A stretch of 64,000 nucleotides of DNA from Raja brachyura. Taxonomy: Eukaryota. Position 1 is the stretch's first letter; the number at the start of each line of letters is the position of its first letter. The notes beneath the pieces were generated by a model. That model saw only the letters and a program-made list of their open reading frames with translations, searched no databases and was not told where the DNA came from. The DNA is taken from contig OY740802.1 of assembly GCA_963514005.1 (NCBI GenBank), positions 17,732,001 to 17,796,000 of the forward strand, given 5' to 3'. Below are positions 36,894 through 50,074 of the stretch, one piece after another. The translations under genes and the position numbers were made by a program.

Positions 36894-38274
36894 CTCCAGT
36901 TCCTGAAGGTACACTGAGCCAGTGCTAGGGAGAGAAACTGGGACTTCTCCACAGTCCAAAAGCATTTGGGGTTATTTCCATGTCCAAGGTCGTTTTCCAG
37001 GTTCAAAGTTACACTTAACATTCATGATGCCATGGCTACTAATGACCTTGAAGACAAAGTGGAACAGTTTTTATATGTTGATTAGACCTCAGGCAACATA
37101 ACATGAGCCTTTGGCCCTATGCTGTCCCGATGGCCTTCCAAAAGCTCTATTGATGAGAAACATTTCAAAATAGGTGAAGTGGATTAATACGATGAATTTT
37201 AATATTTATTTAAAAATATGGAAAATTAAAATAAAACTATTTAAATTAAATTAATTGTGCGTTATTTAAAGAGATAACAATAAAGTAAATTATAGAAACA
37301 CCTGCATGAACGAGCTTCCACTCAAGGTCAGCCCTGCAATTCCAATGAACAGGACTGTACTTGGATGCTCCAGCTGTGATGAACGTAAACCTGATGGGTC
37401 AGATAAAAATTCAATTTTAGCCTCATCTCAGGACAATTTGGAAAAGTCCCTGTACTCAATAGGGAGCCGAGCAGTGTGGTGACATGTTAGAAAAGCCAGC
37501 ATCTGATCTGAGTGCTTTCTATGCTTCTGCGCGGCAAGGACATTCTGAATGCATTAACCCGGAGGAAGGGCATGGTGACAGTTCTCCTATGAACTGCAGG
37601 GCAAAATAAATATGACTCAGACCACTATTTGATAATCTTTGTCATTAATTGCCAAATTCAGGTTGTTTTTTCTATTAAAAAAATCAAACTCTGCCAAGCG
37701 TTTTGATGTTATGAAGGATCAAATTAACTGGTGCTTGTAAAGTACACCTTGATTGCTATTTCAAAGAAAATTATCAGAATTAATGCAGACAACATAACTA
37801 TAAAATATTATACGGTAACATTTTAAGCTCCTAGTCTCACTCATAATGTTACCAAGCTTGTATTGAATGCTGACAATCGTACATAGTCTGCTCATGAAAA
37901 TAATTGGAGCCCAGATCTGTAGGTCAATAACTTGAGAAAAATGTTTGTGAAGACCATCAATGGGAAGATTTTATATACTGGCTATGCCTCAATAGCATTC
38001 ACTTTCATTCACCGCTACTACTTGAAATTCTGATCCAGTAACAATAAGTTTCAGATGTAAAGTTAAGTTTCATTGCTGAGTTAGGTTCTTGAAGGATTCC
38101 CAAGAGACGCTCTAGCAAATAGCTTCCCCTTTCTTTTACACATTTTCACCAGATACTACAGTCAACTCAATAAGTCATTGTCATGTGTTCACACAGATAA
38201 GCTAGCTACAGAAAGTTATTTATTGATAAATTATGCTCAAATAGTGGCAAATGGAACAATGTCATAACTGGAGT

Positions 38275-38760
38275 TGCAGAAACAAAGAACTACAGATGCT
38301 GCCAAATACGCAATTGATACAAAGTGATGGAGAAACTCAGCAGGCCATGGATAGTCGATGAGACCTTTATTCTGATTATAAGAAGAAAGCTGGAAAATGG
38401 GCGTGATATGTCAAAATGGGACAGGTAATAGGTCGACATACTGCCTAACCGTGTTCTAATAGAACCCGAGCGGAAATTAGTGTAGGAAGGAACTGCAGAT
38501 GCTGGTTTACACTGAAGATAGACACAAAATGCTGGAGTAACTCAATGGGTCAGGCAGCATCTCTGCAGAAATCGAATAAGTGATGTTTCTGGTCGAGACT
38601 CTTCAATAGACTGTGTCAGGGGAGAAGGAATTTAGAGGTACGAAAAGGTACAGAACAGATGAGAGCCGGCATCGATGACCAAAGAGTCCGCAATTGCCCA
38701 TTGTTGGCTGTGGAAGAGGTGATAACAAGGGGATACGAACAGTAAAACAGCAGGATAACC
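38275..38760 (-). mobile_element. Two PLE terminal repeat fragments
   Basis: aaggaactgcagatgctggttt..gacacaaaatgctggagtaactc..gatgtttctggtcgagactcttc. Confidence 0.65.
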
Positions 38761-38762
38761 AG

Positions 38763-38896
38763 GCTCTGATGGGACTGAAGGCTGATTTAAAAACCCCAGG
38801 GCCTGATGGTCTGCATCCCAGGGTACTTAAGGAAGTGGCTCTAGAAATCGTGGACGCATTGGTGATAATTTTCCAATGTTCTATAGATTCAGAATC
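38763..38896 (+). mobile_element. CR1 ORF2 fragment cut by the modular-array element
   Basis: LMGLKADLKTPGPDGLHPRVLKEVALEIVDALVIIFQCSIDS. Confidence 0.85.
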
Positions 38897-39682
38897 CGTG
38901 TATGGACGTGGCGTCGAAGGACAAGAAGTCGAAGTAAAGAAGTGGAAGCAAAATAACCGAATGAAAACAAAGTCAAATAGCCGAACAGACGCTTCGCGGA
39001 AAAGCCAAATAACCGAACGGACGCTACGCCAAAAAGCCAAATAACCGAAAGGGCGGGACGCCGAAAAGCCAACTAATCAAAAGGGTGGGACTCCTAAAAG
39101 CCAACTAACTGAAAGGGTGCAATGCCGAAAAGCCATATAACGGACATGATGTCGCCGGGGGGCGGGACTTGTCAGCGATGGTCCAGACCCCCGCATGTAT
39201 CACATCACTGGCCGGGGAGAGATGGGAGGGTGGGGGTAATTTTCCCATGCAAGGCCGCCTGGGTCTGAAGGGTGACTGGGTGCTCTGAACCCGAGCGGCG
39301 GAAGGAGCACATCCCTCAGGACAGCCCCCACTCTCCCCCCCAGGGTCAGAGCTGCCTGGCCATGGCCGTCGTCCACCCCCCAACACCCACACCGGGTGAT
39401 TCACACCCCCTACCGGCCGCGGGGACAGACGGCCCGGGGCACCGGCAGCCATATTAAATTGCTTTTAAAACATGGGGGGGGGACACAAATTTCCTGGTGG
39501 GCCAATGACAAGTGTGCATGACAACGAACAATTTATCTCCTCTCATCCCCCACTTTTGACATCACTAAGCACATTTTATTTATTGTTTAAACGTGGTATT
39601 ACCGTCTAATATAGTTTAAACACAGTAATGCCTGCGTAACACACACAACAAGCTCCCACGCACAAAACACCAGATAATCTGT
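38897..39682 (-). mobile_element. Unclassified element with terminal 16/32-bp modular array, copy 2 (may extend to about 40230)
   Basis: 32-bp units such as aagccaaataaccgaaagggcgggacgccgaa at about 38970-39135; reverse-complement colinear with 24112-25079. Confidence 0.6.
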
Positions 39683-40257
39683 ATTTTTTCAGTTTATTTG
39701 CATTTCTTTCGTATTTTTGAACTTTGCGCATCTCACAGTGCCATTTTCGCAGCGGTGTTGAGTAAATCGTACTTTCTTCCCCCCCGCAGATGATACATTA
39801 CTCTCAAATCACATACCTTACCTCTATTACCCCGCTACATATAAACAAAGTGTCAATGCCTCTTCAAGGTCTACTAATCCACTCATCGATTCAGTTGCAG
39901 GTACAGCTGAAGGGATTTGGCGCTCAGAACAATGACCGCATTAGAAGATCATCTGAGCATCTTGAAATCAATCTCATGAGCACGCATGAAAGATAGCCAG
40001 GCGACGCAGTATCGTTCAGCCCACATCGCACAGATTGGAAAAGAATTAAATGGAAATTGTAAATTAATCAACTGTAACTTTCCACCTTCCCCGACACAAA
40101 GGCAGCCATAACATATTTGCCACATGTTTAATCATTTTTCCGAATATGTATAAAAGAGGCAGTGTGTATATGTAACCTTCTTCTGACCATGTCTTATGCA
40201 ATATTCAGCACAATTAGTTCGGTGTGACAGTTGTGTCTGTAGGAACTACAGATGCTG

Positions 40258-41527
40258 GTTATAACCGAATATTTGGGTAGCAGTAGCAAGATCGGTCCAA
40301 GTCAGCTTGGGTTTACGAAGGGAAAATCATGCTTAACTAATCTTCTGAAATTTTTTGAGGATGTAACTAGGAAAATGCACAATGGAGAGCCAGTGGATGT
40401 AGTGTACCTGGACTTTCACAAAGCATTTAATAAATGAATAAACAAAGCACATACGAGAATAGTGGGCAAAATTAGAGCACATGGTATTGGGGATAGGGTT
40501 ATGACATGGATAGAAAATTGGTTGGCAGACAGGAAGCATAGAGTATGGATTAACGGATTCCTTTCAGAATGGCAGGCAGTAACTAGTGGGGTGCCACAAG
40601 GCTCAGTGCTGGGACTGCAGATGCTTACAATATTTATTAATGATTTAGATGAAGGGATTAAAAGTAACATTAGCAAATTTGCAGATTACACAAAGCTGAA
40701 TGGCAGTGTGAACTGTGAGGAGGATGCTATGATGATACAGAGTGACTTGGACAGGTTGTGTGAGTGGGCAGATACATGGCAGATGCAGTTTAATATAGAT
40801 AAATGAGTTTATCCACTTTGGTAGCAAAAACAGGAAGACAGATTATTATCTGAATGGTGTCAAATAGGGAAAAAGGGAAGTATAATGAGATCTGGGAGTC
40901 CTTATTCATCAGTCACTGAAAGTAAGCATGCAGGTACAACAGACATTGAAGAAAGTGAATGGCATGTTGGCCTTCATAACAAGAGGAGTTGAGTATAGCA
41001 GCAAAGAGGTCCTTCTGCAGTTGTACAGAACCCTAGTGAGACCACACCTGGAGTATTGTCTGCAGTTTTGGTCTCCAAATTTGAGGAAGGACATTCCTGC
41101 TATTGAGGGATTGCTGCATAGGTTCACAAGGTTAATCTCCGGGATGGCGGGACTGTCATATGTTGATTGAATGGTGCGGATGGGCTTGTATACTCTGGAA
41201 TTTTGAAGGATAGGGGATTTTATTGAAATAAAAGATTATCAAGGGTTTGGACACGCTGGAAGCAGGAAACATGTTCCCAATGCTGGGGAAGTCCAGAACC
41301 AGGGTCACAGTTTAAGAATAAGGGGTAGGCAATTTATACCGGAAATGAGGAAAAACCTTTTCGCAGAGAGTTGTCAATCTGTAGAATTCTCTGCCTAAGA
41401 AGGCAGTGGAGGCCAATTCTCTGGATGCTTTCAAAAGAGAGTTAGATCGAGCTCTTAAAGATAGCGGAGCCAAGGGATATGGCGAGAAGGCAGGGATGGG
41501 GTACTGATTGTGGATGATCAGCCATGA
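40258..41527 (+). mobile_element. CR1/HER1 LINE RT and 3' end, truncated by the DIRS-B insertion
   Basis: GFTKGKSCLTNL, VDVVYLDFHKAF, GVPQGSVLG, KFADYTKL, WQMQFN, LYRTLVRPHLEYC.QFWSP; the tail stops at gatcagccatga. Confidence 0.93.
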
Positions 41528-41743
41528 TTTTACTTCAAAGTCATGTGAGTGACTACATGAGAAGGCCGTCAGTCCGCTTGGGCGTCATTACGTCTGAAGC
41601 ATGTGCCAACGACTGACTGGCAGACACGTCGCGTCCTTCCAGCGGTAAGTTTTAAAAACCCAGGTAAGTGTTTTCAAAAACTACTCTGCGGTCTTTTTGG
41701 AGGGTTCGTTATTTCTCATCTTTCTAGCGAGTAGAACCCTACC

Positions 41744-42976
41744 ATGTCGAAGGTGAGGAGACGGTCTGCGGGGGTGCCGGCTATGGAAGACCGCGGAGCT
41801 GCGGGTAGCAGGCGACTGTCCGAATCACCTTCCATGCCGCTGGCAGTGGAACCAGCGGCAGCAGACTTGGTGCCTCAGGAGAGCACCATGGCAGTCCCGC
41901 CGGGGCGCAAGGCCACTCACAAGTCTGCCAGGCCCGTAGACTCAGACGAGTCTGGGCCGGAGGGATCCCCTCCTTCACTGGGAAGTGTCTACAGGCAACT
42001 TTCCCAGATGGAGCACCTATTAGAGAGGTGGCTCCAGACCGATCTGCTCCAGAGGAGGGAGCAGTATCCGCTTGGGTCTCCACGGGATCCCGCGCCAGCA
42101 GCACCATACACAGGGCTGCGAAGTGTCTCCCTCTCTGGATAGGGGTGTACACAGAGTCAGTATTATCCTGACTCAAAGCAGGGAGGCACATCAGGTGAAC
42201 ACTCTCGGGGGCATGGGGCAGAAGTGCCTCTTCTGGCATCGAAATTTGCCATTCCAACTCCAACAGGAGCAGCCCTGGATGAAGAGCTGGCCAATACGAT
42301 AAATTGCCTGGCGTCTCATCAGCTCAAAGACCTGGGTATGGAGGTGACCTCCAGCAGATATCATACACCTGCCAACTGTATGTGCCTCCCTCAATGTGCC
42401 GGCCGTCAACCACGCCATCTGGGGCCATATTGGAGTGGGGGTAAGAGCCCAGGAGATCAAACTCCAGAACATTTGAAAATTATTGGCCTCAGGCATAACG
42501 GCCTTTGCGAGGTCCGTAGATGGGGGGCTGGTGATGGAGACACAGCAGGACGCTGTGGGGCTTCTCTGTAATGCCCATTTTGAAATAAATTGTCTGCGTA
42601 AAAACGCAATACGGCCGGCACTCAATCCTAAATTTGCTGTACTGTGCAAGGCCAGCAACGTCCAGCTGGCTAATTATCTATTTGGGGCAGACCTGGCGAA
42701 GCAGGTCCATGAGCTGGATGATGAGGCCAAGACCATATGCCTCATGAGCTGAACCCAAACAACACCCATGGGCTCATCACGTCGGGCACACCCCTATGCC
42801 TCCTTCAACACCAGCCTCGGGGCTCTGGGACAGGAGGAAGACTCGAGCTGGAAGCACCAAGGTATTTTTTAGGTGTAGGCCCCAGCCGGCCCACAGCTCG
42901 GATGCGTGGGGAGCACCCGCCACCAGCCTCCCTTCCCAAGGCACAAGGACGGAAGCCAGGACCACACCGGCAGTAA
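41744..42976 (+). pseudogene. DIRS-B gag-like ORF1 (disrupted)
   Basis: RKATHKSARPVDSDESG, EELANTIN, NAHFEINCLRKNAIRPALNPKF..LCK, LFGADLAKQV. Confidence 0.8.
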
Positions 42977-44816
42977 CGTCTAAGGTAGGAGAACCTAGTT
43001 CCTTGTGGAACACCTTACACATCACTCACTCACAAGTTTGGGGGGAGATTGCAACATTTCATGAATGAATGGAACTGGATCACAGCAGACCCATTCATAC
43101 TGCACAGTATACAAGGTTTCAAAATTGAGTTCCTTCTTGATTCATCACCACCCACACAAAATTTACCAAACCGCATAATGTGTTATCACAACAGGAAAGA
43201 TTTGAGGTACAAGCTGAAATTCAGGCTTTACATACAAAAGGGGTGATTCAGAGGTCGCACCAGGAATCACACCAATTTCTATCCAACATATTCACCAAGT
43301 GGAAAAGGGATGGAGGATGCTGTATCATCCTAGACTTGATGGAACTCAATATCCATGTGCAGTATAAACATATTAAAATGGATAACTTTGGCACAGCCAT
43401 CCAACTGGTTTCCAAAGGATGTTATATGGCATGCATAGATCTAAAAGATGCATACTACTCGGTGTCCATTCACAGGGACATATTTGAAATTTAACTGGAT
43501 GGGGCAATTGCGGCAATTCAAATCATTGCCTAATGGGCTGACTTCAGCTCCCAGACTATTTACAAAATTACTAAAACCAGTTCTGGGGCTACTGCGAGCT
43601 CATGATCACATGGTGATGGCTTATTTGGATGACATTCTAATAATTGGGAACACAAAGGAATCAGCTGAATCATATGTTTCAGCTACCAAACTCATGCTTG
43701 AGAGGTTGGGATTTCTAATCCAGCCAGTTAAGTCAAAATTGACTCCAATCAGAGTAATTGGTTACCTGGGGTTCACAGTTAACTCAATTCAAATGTTGGT
43801 GACACTGCCAAGTGGCAAGCACTCAGAGTTAACGGAAGCCTGCAATAAGCTAATTGTCAAACAGCAACCAATAATCAGACAAACAGCAAGTGTAATTGGC
43901 AAGCTTGTGGCAGCTTTTCCAGCTGGACGCTTCGGACCTTTGCACTATCAAAATTTACAACATGCAAAGGAACAGGCTCTCAAATCCCACGCAGGCCAAT
44001 TCGGAAGACCTATGCAATTGCCACCAGAGGCCATTGCTGAATTACACAAAAAATAAATTCTAATTGATACACCATCGGTAATCTTACATACCGATGCAAG
44101 TGTCCTGGGCTGCGGAGCAACAGATACCATCTCCTGCTGCGGGGGTAGATGGAATGTGCAGGAATCCTTAATTCTACAGCAATATGGCATTACCTACTTA
44201 GAGTTGTTGGGAGCAATCTATGGATTAAAGGTTTATTGCAGCAATATGCATCATGTGCATGCTCAACTACGGATTGACAACACCACGGCGGTGGCGTATG
44301 TCAATCACATGGGTCGAATAAAGTCTGTATCTTGTGAAAAAATTGGCAAACCTTCTTTGGCATAGGTGTATTACAAGAAACATTTGGGTCACGGCAATCT
44401 ACCTACCAGGTAGATGCAATATGGTGGCGGACACTAGATCACGGAAATTCAATAATAACACAGAATGGATGTTGAATAATGACGTGTTTACTGACATTGT
44501 TGCCCAATATGGCATGCCGGATATTGACTTGTTTGCATCCAGATTGAATCACCAGTTTCGCAAATATGTGTCATGGGAGCCAGACCCAGGGCCAGTGGTA
44601 GTAGATGCATTCACACGGCATTGGGGAGGAATATTCTTGTACGCTTTCCCTCCATTTTGCCACATCAGCCGATGCTTGTTAAAAATAAAGCAAGACAATG
44701 CCATAGGCATTTTGGTAGTGCCAGACTGGCCTACGCAATCTTGGTTCCCACTAGTCCTGGGATTAATGACACAGCCTCTCATGACTGTCCACAAAAGTCC
44801 AGGTTGGGTGGGATAA
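42977..44816 (+). pseudogene. DIRS-B RT - RNase H - methyltransferase-like ORF (frameshifted)
   Basis: IDLKDAY, SLPNGLTSAPRLFTK, AYLDD, LHTDAS, TYLELLGA, IDNTTAVAYVNHMG, ADTRSR, DLFASRLNHQ, YAFPPF, VVPDWPTQSWF. Confidence 0.93.
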
Positions 44817-45417
44817 CTATTATTTTGTTTTTCACATTAAAGTATCAGTATTGTTACCTAACTACGTTATGTCTGAATGCATTAATTTTTTCTCACTCAT
44901 CCATCGTCAATCCATTAAGTGTGTGACGCCTGGACTCAAACCGGCGTGAAATCACAGAGCTTTGAAATCTTCACGTAGTCACTCACATGACTCCGAAATA
45001 AAATAGTAATATTAAATGAGAACTTACCAGTTTGAAGTTTGATCTTGATTTTATGAGGAGATATGATGAGCGATTACGTACCCACTGCTCCCAGCCTTCA
45101 TATTATCAGGTCGTCTGGTAGTTCTAATTCTCCAAATCTTACTATCTACAGGTCAACCTCTCTTGTCTGTGATTTCACAGCGCTGCTTTGAAGATTGACA
45201 TGCAAGCGGACTGACGGCCTTCTCACGTAATCGCTCATCTTAACTCCTCATAAAATGTACTCAACTGGCCCAATTTCATCTCCAGAGTAAGTTCCAGGAG
45301 GAGAATTCTTCTCTGCACATTTCAGAATTCCTCTCCCTCTTTGCCTTTTACACTCTTACTATTCCAGTTGATGTCATTAATTGAAAACTCCCAATATATC
45401 TATTTTATAATATTTGG

Positions 45418-45720
45418 CTTTACTTTAGACTTCAGAGATATAGTGTTGAAACAAGCCCTTCAACCCACCAAATCCATGCCGACCAGTGATCATCCCATAC
45501 ACTAGCACTATCCTACACACCAAGGACAATTTACAATTTTACAGAAGCCAATTAACCAACAAACCTGCTTGTCTTTGGAGTTTGAATGGAAACCGAAGCA
45601 TTAGCAGAAAACCCCATTGTCACAGGGAGAATGGACAAACTCCATACAGACAGCACCTGTAGTCAGGATGGGTCTTTGCAGCTACATGTAGCATCCCTAA
45701 AATTGTGCCACTGTGCTGTC
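45418..45720 (-). mobile_element. HE1-type V-SINE (diverged)
   Basis: (actttag)n tail and V-domain rc. Confidence 0.8.
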
Positions 45721-46756
45721 ACAAATTTTCTCACCTTTCTTTAATTTTCCTGTAACATATTCCTCTACCTACTTCCAACTATTCAGTACCCTACGCTCAT
45801 GTACCTAATCATCTACAACTCCTCTGTGTTGCCTTAATTTAAACTAAACAGGCTCTGTCATTGGCCTGTCACTTCTGCCTGTAATTGGATTCAATATTAT
45901 TCAGCAAACACCCTGAACAAGTAATACATTATCTCCTGAAACAGCACCAAAGGTACTTTGCTTCTCAACTGATAAGCATAGTTGGAAATTAACATTTGCA
46001 GATTGGAGGAGGAGGACAGATTGCCAGGGAGGATTATTTGATCATTGTGGCTCTGTTTTTTTCCCGAACCAGGCTTTTCTTTGTATACATAACGTGGGCA
46101 CTTTCACTGAACCATTCAATAGCAGCTGAAATTTTTAATTTTTGAAAGATGTCGACTTTAGATGCAGCACAGCAGGAGCCAAACAGATATTTTTGGTTAA
46201 AAAAAATTAGAGATGATCAGATGTGTGTCCTCTATTCTGATAACCAATTCCTCCTTAGCATTGATTCTTGCTTGACTCCTGAACCAGAACGACTGTTCTA
46301 TTTTTGGATGGTAATATAATTTATTAAATTACAGGAGCACTCTATTTGAACAGCCCTATTTTGGATTTCCTTTGGAAGAGAAAGCAGAGCCAGAAACGCT
46401 TTCAATGTTTTGTTTCTGATGCAGGATGATCAATGGAAATTTGTGATGCTCTGCTTCTGCTTGAAGCCTTCCAAGAGGAGTTGCATGTCAGTGTTATCCC
46501 ATCATACTGCCACCTTGTCACTTATCAAATTAGGGTACATTCTCATCAAATATTCCTGTTACTAGTTTAATTATATAGTACAGGGTCTAGTTGTGAGTCT
46601 AGTTGTGGCTAATGCTATTGTTATTTATGCAGGAAATACAATACACAACTATAATTTTGAGTAAATTGGGTGTAAGTACAACAATTGACACACGAAAGCC
46701 AAAAGAACTATAAAGAAATGAACACAAGCCATTCAACTGATATTAAGAAAATTGAT

Positions 46757-47061
46757 GGCACTGTGGCTCAGCGGTAGAGTTGCTGCCTTACAGTGTTTGA
46801 AGCGCTGGAGACCCGGGTTCGATCCCAACTACAGAGTTTGTTCAATCTCCCTGTGACCGAGTGGGAATTCTTCAAGATCTTTGGATTCCTCCCACATTCC
46901 AAACACGTACAGGTTTGTAGGTTAATTGGCTTGGTATGATTGTAGATTGTCCCTAGTGTGTGTAGGATTAATTGGCGGGGATCGTTGATCAGTGTGGACT
47001 CGGTGGGCCGAAGGGCCTGTTCCCATGCTGTATCTCGAAACAAAACTAAAATAAAATAAAA
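46757..47061 (+). mobile_element. HE1-type V-SINE
   Basis: gtggctcagcggtagag, gggttcgatccc, V-domain, gggccgaagggcctgttccc tail. Confidence 0.9.
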
Positions 47062-47290
47062 GTGCTTGAGTAACTCAACAGGTCAAACAGCATCTCGGGA
47101 GGTCATGAATAGGGATGTTTCTAATTGGGACTCTTCTTCAGACTGGATGGGTGATAATTCAGGTTAGTACCCTTCTTCAGACATGGGTCATTGTCCCAAA
47201 ATGTCTCCTATCGATGTCCTCTAGAGATGCTGCCTGACCAGTTGAGTTACTCCAGCGCTGGTGTTGTGATTAGTAACCCAGTTCCTTGTG
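47062..47290. mobile_element. PLE fold-back insertion with a duplicated reverse arm
   Basis: Two reverse arms each ending cttcttcagac, then forward arm gggtc..gagatgctgcctgacc..gagttactccagc. Confidence 0.65.
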
Positions 47291-47904
47291 TCTCCAGATC
47301 AACATTTTAATTGTGATTGCATAAATATTTATTCCACCTCCATGAATCTTTCAAACGCTGCAAACACAATAGCCAAGATGTTTTATTCACTACCATCACT
47401 GCCATATGACCCATTTTATAGACATTTCTTGATGCATTGAAACATATTAGAGGAAGGTTTTCTTTCCCACCTCTGCTGCTCACAAAAGGCTGTTGTGGAT
47501 TTAGATCTTTGCTTCACAGTGGAGGTTGAGATGGGTTATGAATTGAGGCTTTGAATCTGTGATGTTACTAAAACTTAACAGCTCTGAAAGAGTTCAAATT
47601 GAGTGCTAACTTATATTTTTTGGCAGTGCATTTTTCCAGGTCGGCACTTCCATCCCCAAGGTGATGTGGAAAATACATAATTGGTGCAAGTATTGTTTGC
47701 AACCTATAATGCTTGTAACCAGAACTGTACACTGGCCCAATCAGAGTTGTATACAGTTCAAGCATTATCTCCCTGTTCTTCTACTCTATGCCTCACCCAA
47801 TATAAGAAATGGTCCTAACTGCCCTTTCAAACACTTTATCAACCTCCCGAAATGTATTACTTCACACTTCCCTGGATTTCAATCATTTGCCATTTTCTGC
47901 CCAA

Positions 47905-48240
47905 ATGTCATAAGGCATAAGTGATAGGAGCAGCATTAGGCCATTTGGCCCATCAAGCCTACTTCACCATTCAATCTATGGCTGATGTATCTCTCTCTCC
48001 AAACCCCATTCTCCTGCTTTCTCCCAATAACTCCTGACATCCAAATTAATCAAGAATCTATCTCTCTCTCTCTGCCTTAAAAATATCCATTGACTTGGTC
48101 TCCACAGCCTTCTGTGACAAAGAATTGCACAGATTTACCACTCTCTGACTAAAGAAATTTCTCCTCATCTCCTAAAGGAACGTTCTTTAATTGCTATGAC
48201 CTCTAGTCCCAGATACACCCACTAGTGGAAACATCCTCTC
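47905..48240 (-). mobile_element. CR1 LINE 3' end
   Basis: Same sequence family as 19436-19765. Confidence 0.8.
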
Positions 48241-49248
48241 ATCCTCCCTGAAATCTGAAGAATTCTTCTCATTGTTAACCACGCAGATTGTAATTTCATG
48301 GAAACATTTGTCTGCAGTTTTTGAATGTCAGATATATGTGCAAATAACCTTATTGGAACACAACAGAGTGTTGAACTGTCACAAACATACCTTATCTCTC
48401 ATTGTTAAACTGTAGCTGGAGGGTCACTTTGATAATTTAACAAAGGTCAGTCATTTCAACAGAGGTTGTATTAGCCAAGAAATGACAGCTGGCAATATCA
48501 CCGTTATACTGTATGTTAGCCTTTGTATGCTTTGAGTTCCTACAAATGAATAGGTTTTCTGTTGCATTAGTGAACTGTTGTAAAAGTGAAATAAGAATCT
48601 GGTTGCTAATGATATCCATTACAATTCCAAGGATATAATCTGAGAAAGGCTATAAGAATTTTATCTCTCTATAAATGACAGGATCTGACATTTGAAACTG
48701 GGCACAGACATATATCCTCTGATCCCATCAGTTTCCAGTTGTAGTTCCATTGTGGAAGATTATGCTGGCATTTGATACATACCAGATACCTGTAAATGGT
48801 TCACTCAGAGCCCTGCAGTGAAAATAGAAAACTGACAGCAAAAGGTACTTTAACCTGGAAGAGCAAGTGGGAAGAGTTACACACATTGTGGAGCTATTTT
48901 ACTCCTCATACCTTGCTCGTCACCCATGCCTTGTACCAGGCTAAAGCGAGAAGGTGGGAATAATGAAGTGGCCCTTCACATTTAGAGTCAAACTTTCCAC
49001 TGTTCCAGAGGATGGGATTAAATGCCATGGTTTTTAGATGGAAAATCACATTCCTTGCCATGAATTCACTTTTCCTCTCCTGCGGAACCCTCAGTTCACT
49101 CACTCTCTTGATCCTGCTGCCCCTTGCTTGCAAACCAATGGATGAACAAGGGAATGTTCTATCAGGTACAATATTGAAGTTAAGTAGTTGCATTACAATA
49201 GGAAACTGATTTAGCCCACACATTGGAGCCCAAGTTTGGCCACAGAGT

Positions 49249-49413
49249 ATAGACTCAAAAGGAAAAGGTGACGTTTTGTGTCGAAACCCTTCTTCAGATA
49301 GAAGGGATTTGACCCAAAACGTCACCTAATCCTTTTCTCCAGAGATGCTGTCTGACCGGTTGAGTTACTCAGGCATTTTGCGTTTATCTTCGGTGTAAAC
49401 AGCATCTGCAGTT
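49249..49413. mobile_element. PLE fold-back insertion with 9-bp target-site duplication
   Basis: ccacagagt at 49240-49248 and 49414-49422; switch at ccttcttcagata|gaagggatttgaccc. Confidence 0.75.
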
Positions 49414-50074
49414 CCACAGAGTTTTGCCAATGTTGCATCGAAGAGCAACTCAAAATACAAAAAGCAATATTCTATAACATACCAGAGAAACTAAAAAAGA
49501 ATGGTCTCAATTTTGTCCTTCAGTCTCTTCCAGGAAAGTGAGCTCACCAGTTGCTCACCAATAGAACCCTCTTCAACTGCTCTAATAATTGATCCCTCTA
49601 CCACTGGCAAACTTTGACTGTAGTGTGACAGCTACAGAATCCACTGCAGTTATAATCTGGGTTATTCCAACCTCCCAATGAGATTTATTGACAAGAAGAA
49701 AAAAGGACAGCATGCATAGGAGTACATGACTGCTAACAGATTCACCTCCATTCACACACAGTGTAATATGGACATTGGCCCCATTCCTTATGGGTCTCTG
49801 TTTTGGAAATACCAACCTCACAGCATTGTTCAGGTCTCTTCACCCCTGGTTCAAGCAGGCAGCTTATCATGAGTTTCACAAGGAGAATTAGAGGTCGCTA
49901 ATAAATGCTTGTCAGGTTAGCAAGGCATACATCTGGAGAAGCGAATTAAAAAGAATGGCCCACTGTTTCACACAAGTGCAGAAATTATAGTCTTTTGCTA
50001 CAAGCGAGGTCCACACACCAGTAACACAAGAAAAAAGCCTGAACGCCCACCCACAACTGGTAAATGCTGCTAAT

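Larger units (their letters stand above)
41528..45256 (+). mobile_element. DIRS1-type retrotransposon (DIRS-B), YR deleted, right extension truncated
   Basis: Left end ttttacttcaaagtcatgtgagtgactacatgagaaggccgtcagtccgcttg; ICR about 44968-45079; right ITR tgacatgcaagcggactgacggccttctcacgta at about 45196-45229. Confidence 0.93.

Noticed and set aside
38970-39135. Constant 16-mer alternating with a variable 16-mer, resembling a mini-CRISPR array
   Set aside because: Vertebrate-type DNA, no cas genes, units too short, and the variable halves are related to each other and to the constant half; better explained as a transposon subterminal array
24112-39682. One giant 15.6-kb element with 1-kb inverted repeats and TA ends
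   Set aside because: The copies are clearly diverged, the terminal-looking arrays face inward, and the interior is ordinary repeat-laden DNA without a transposase; independent insertions are simpler, though not proven
48912-48940. 29-nt minus-strand candidate exon with good splice signals, inside the 139-aa ORF 48906-49325
   Set aside because: Not frame-preserving, no recognisable peptide or partner exons; the ORF starts inside a PLE repeat
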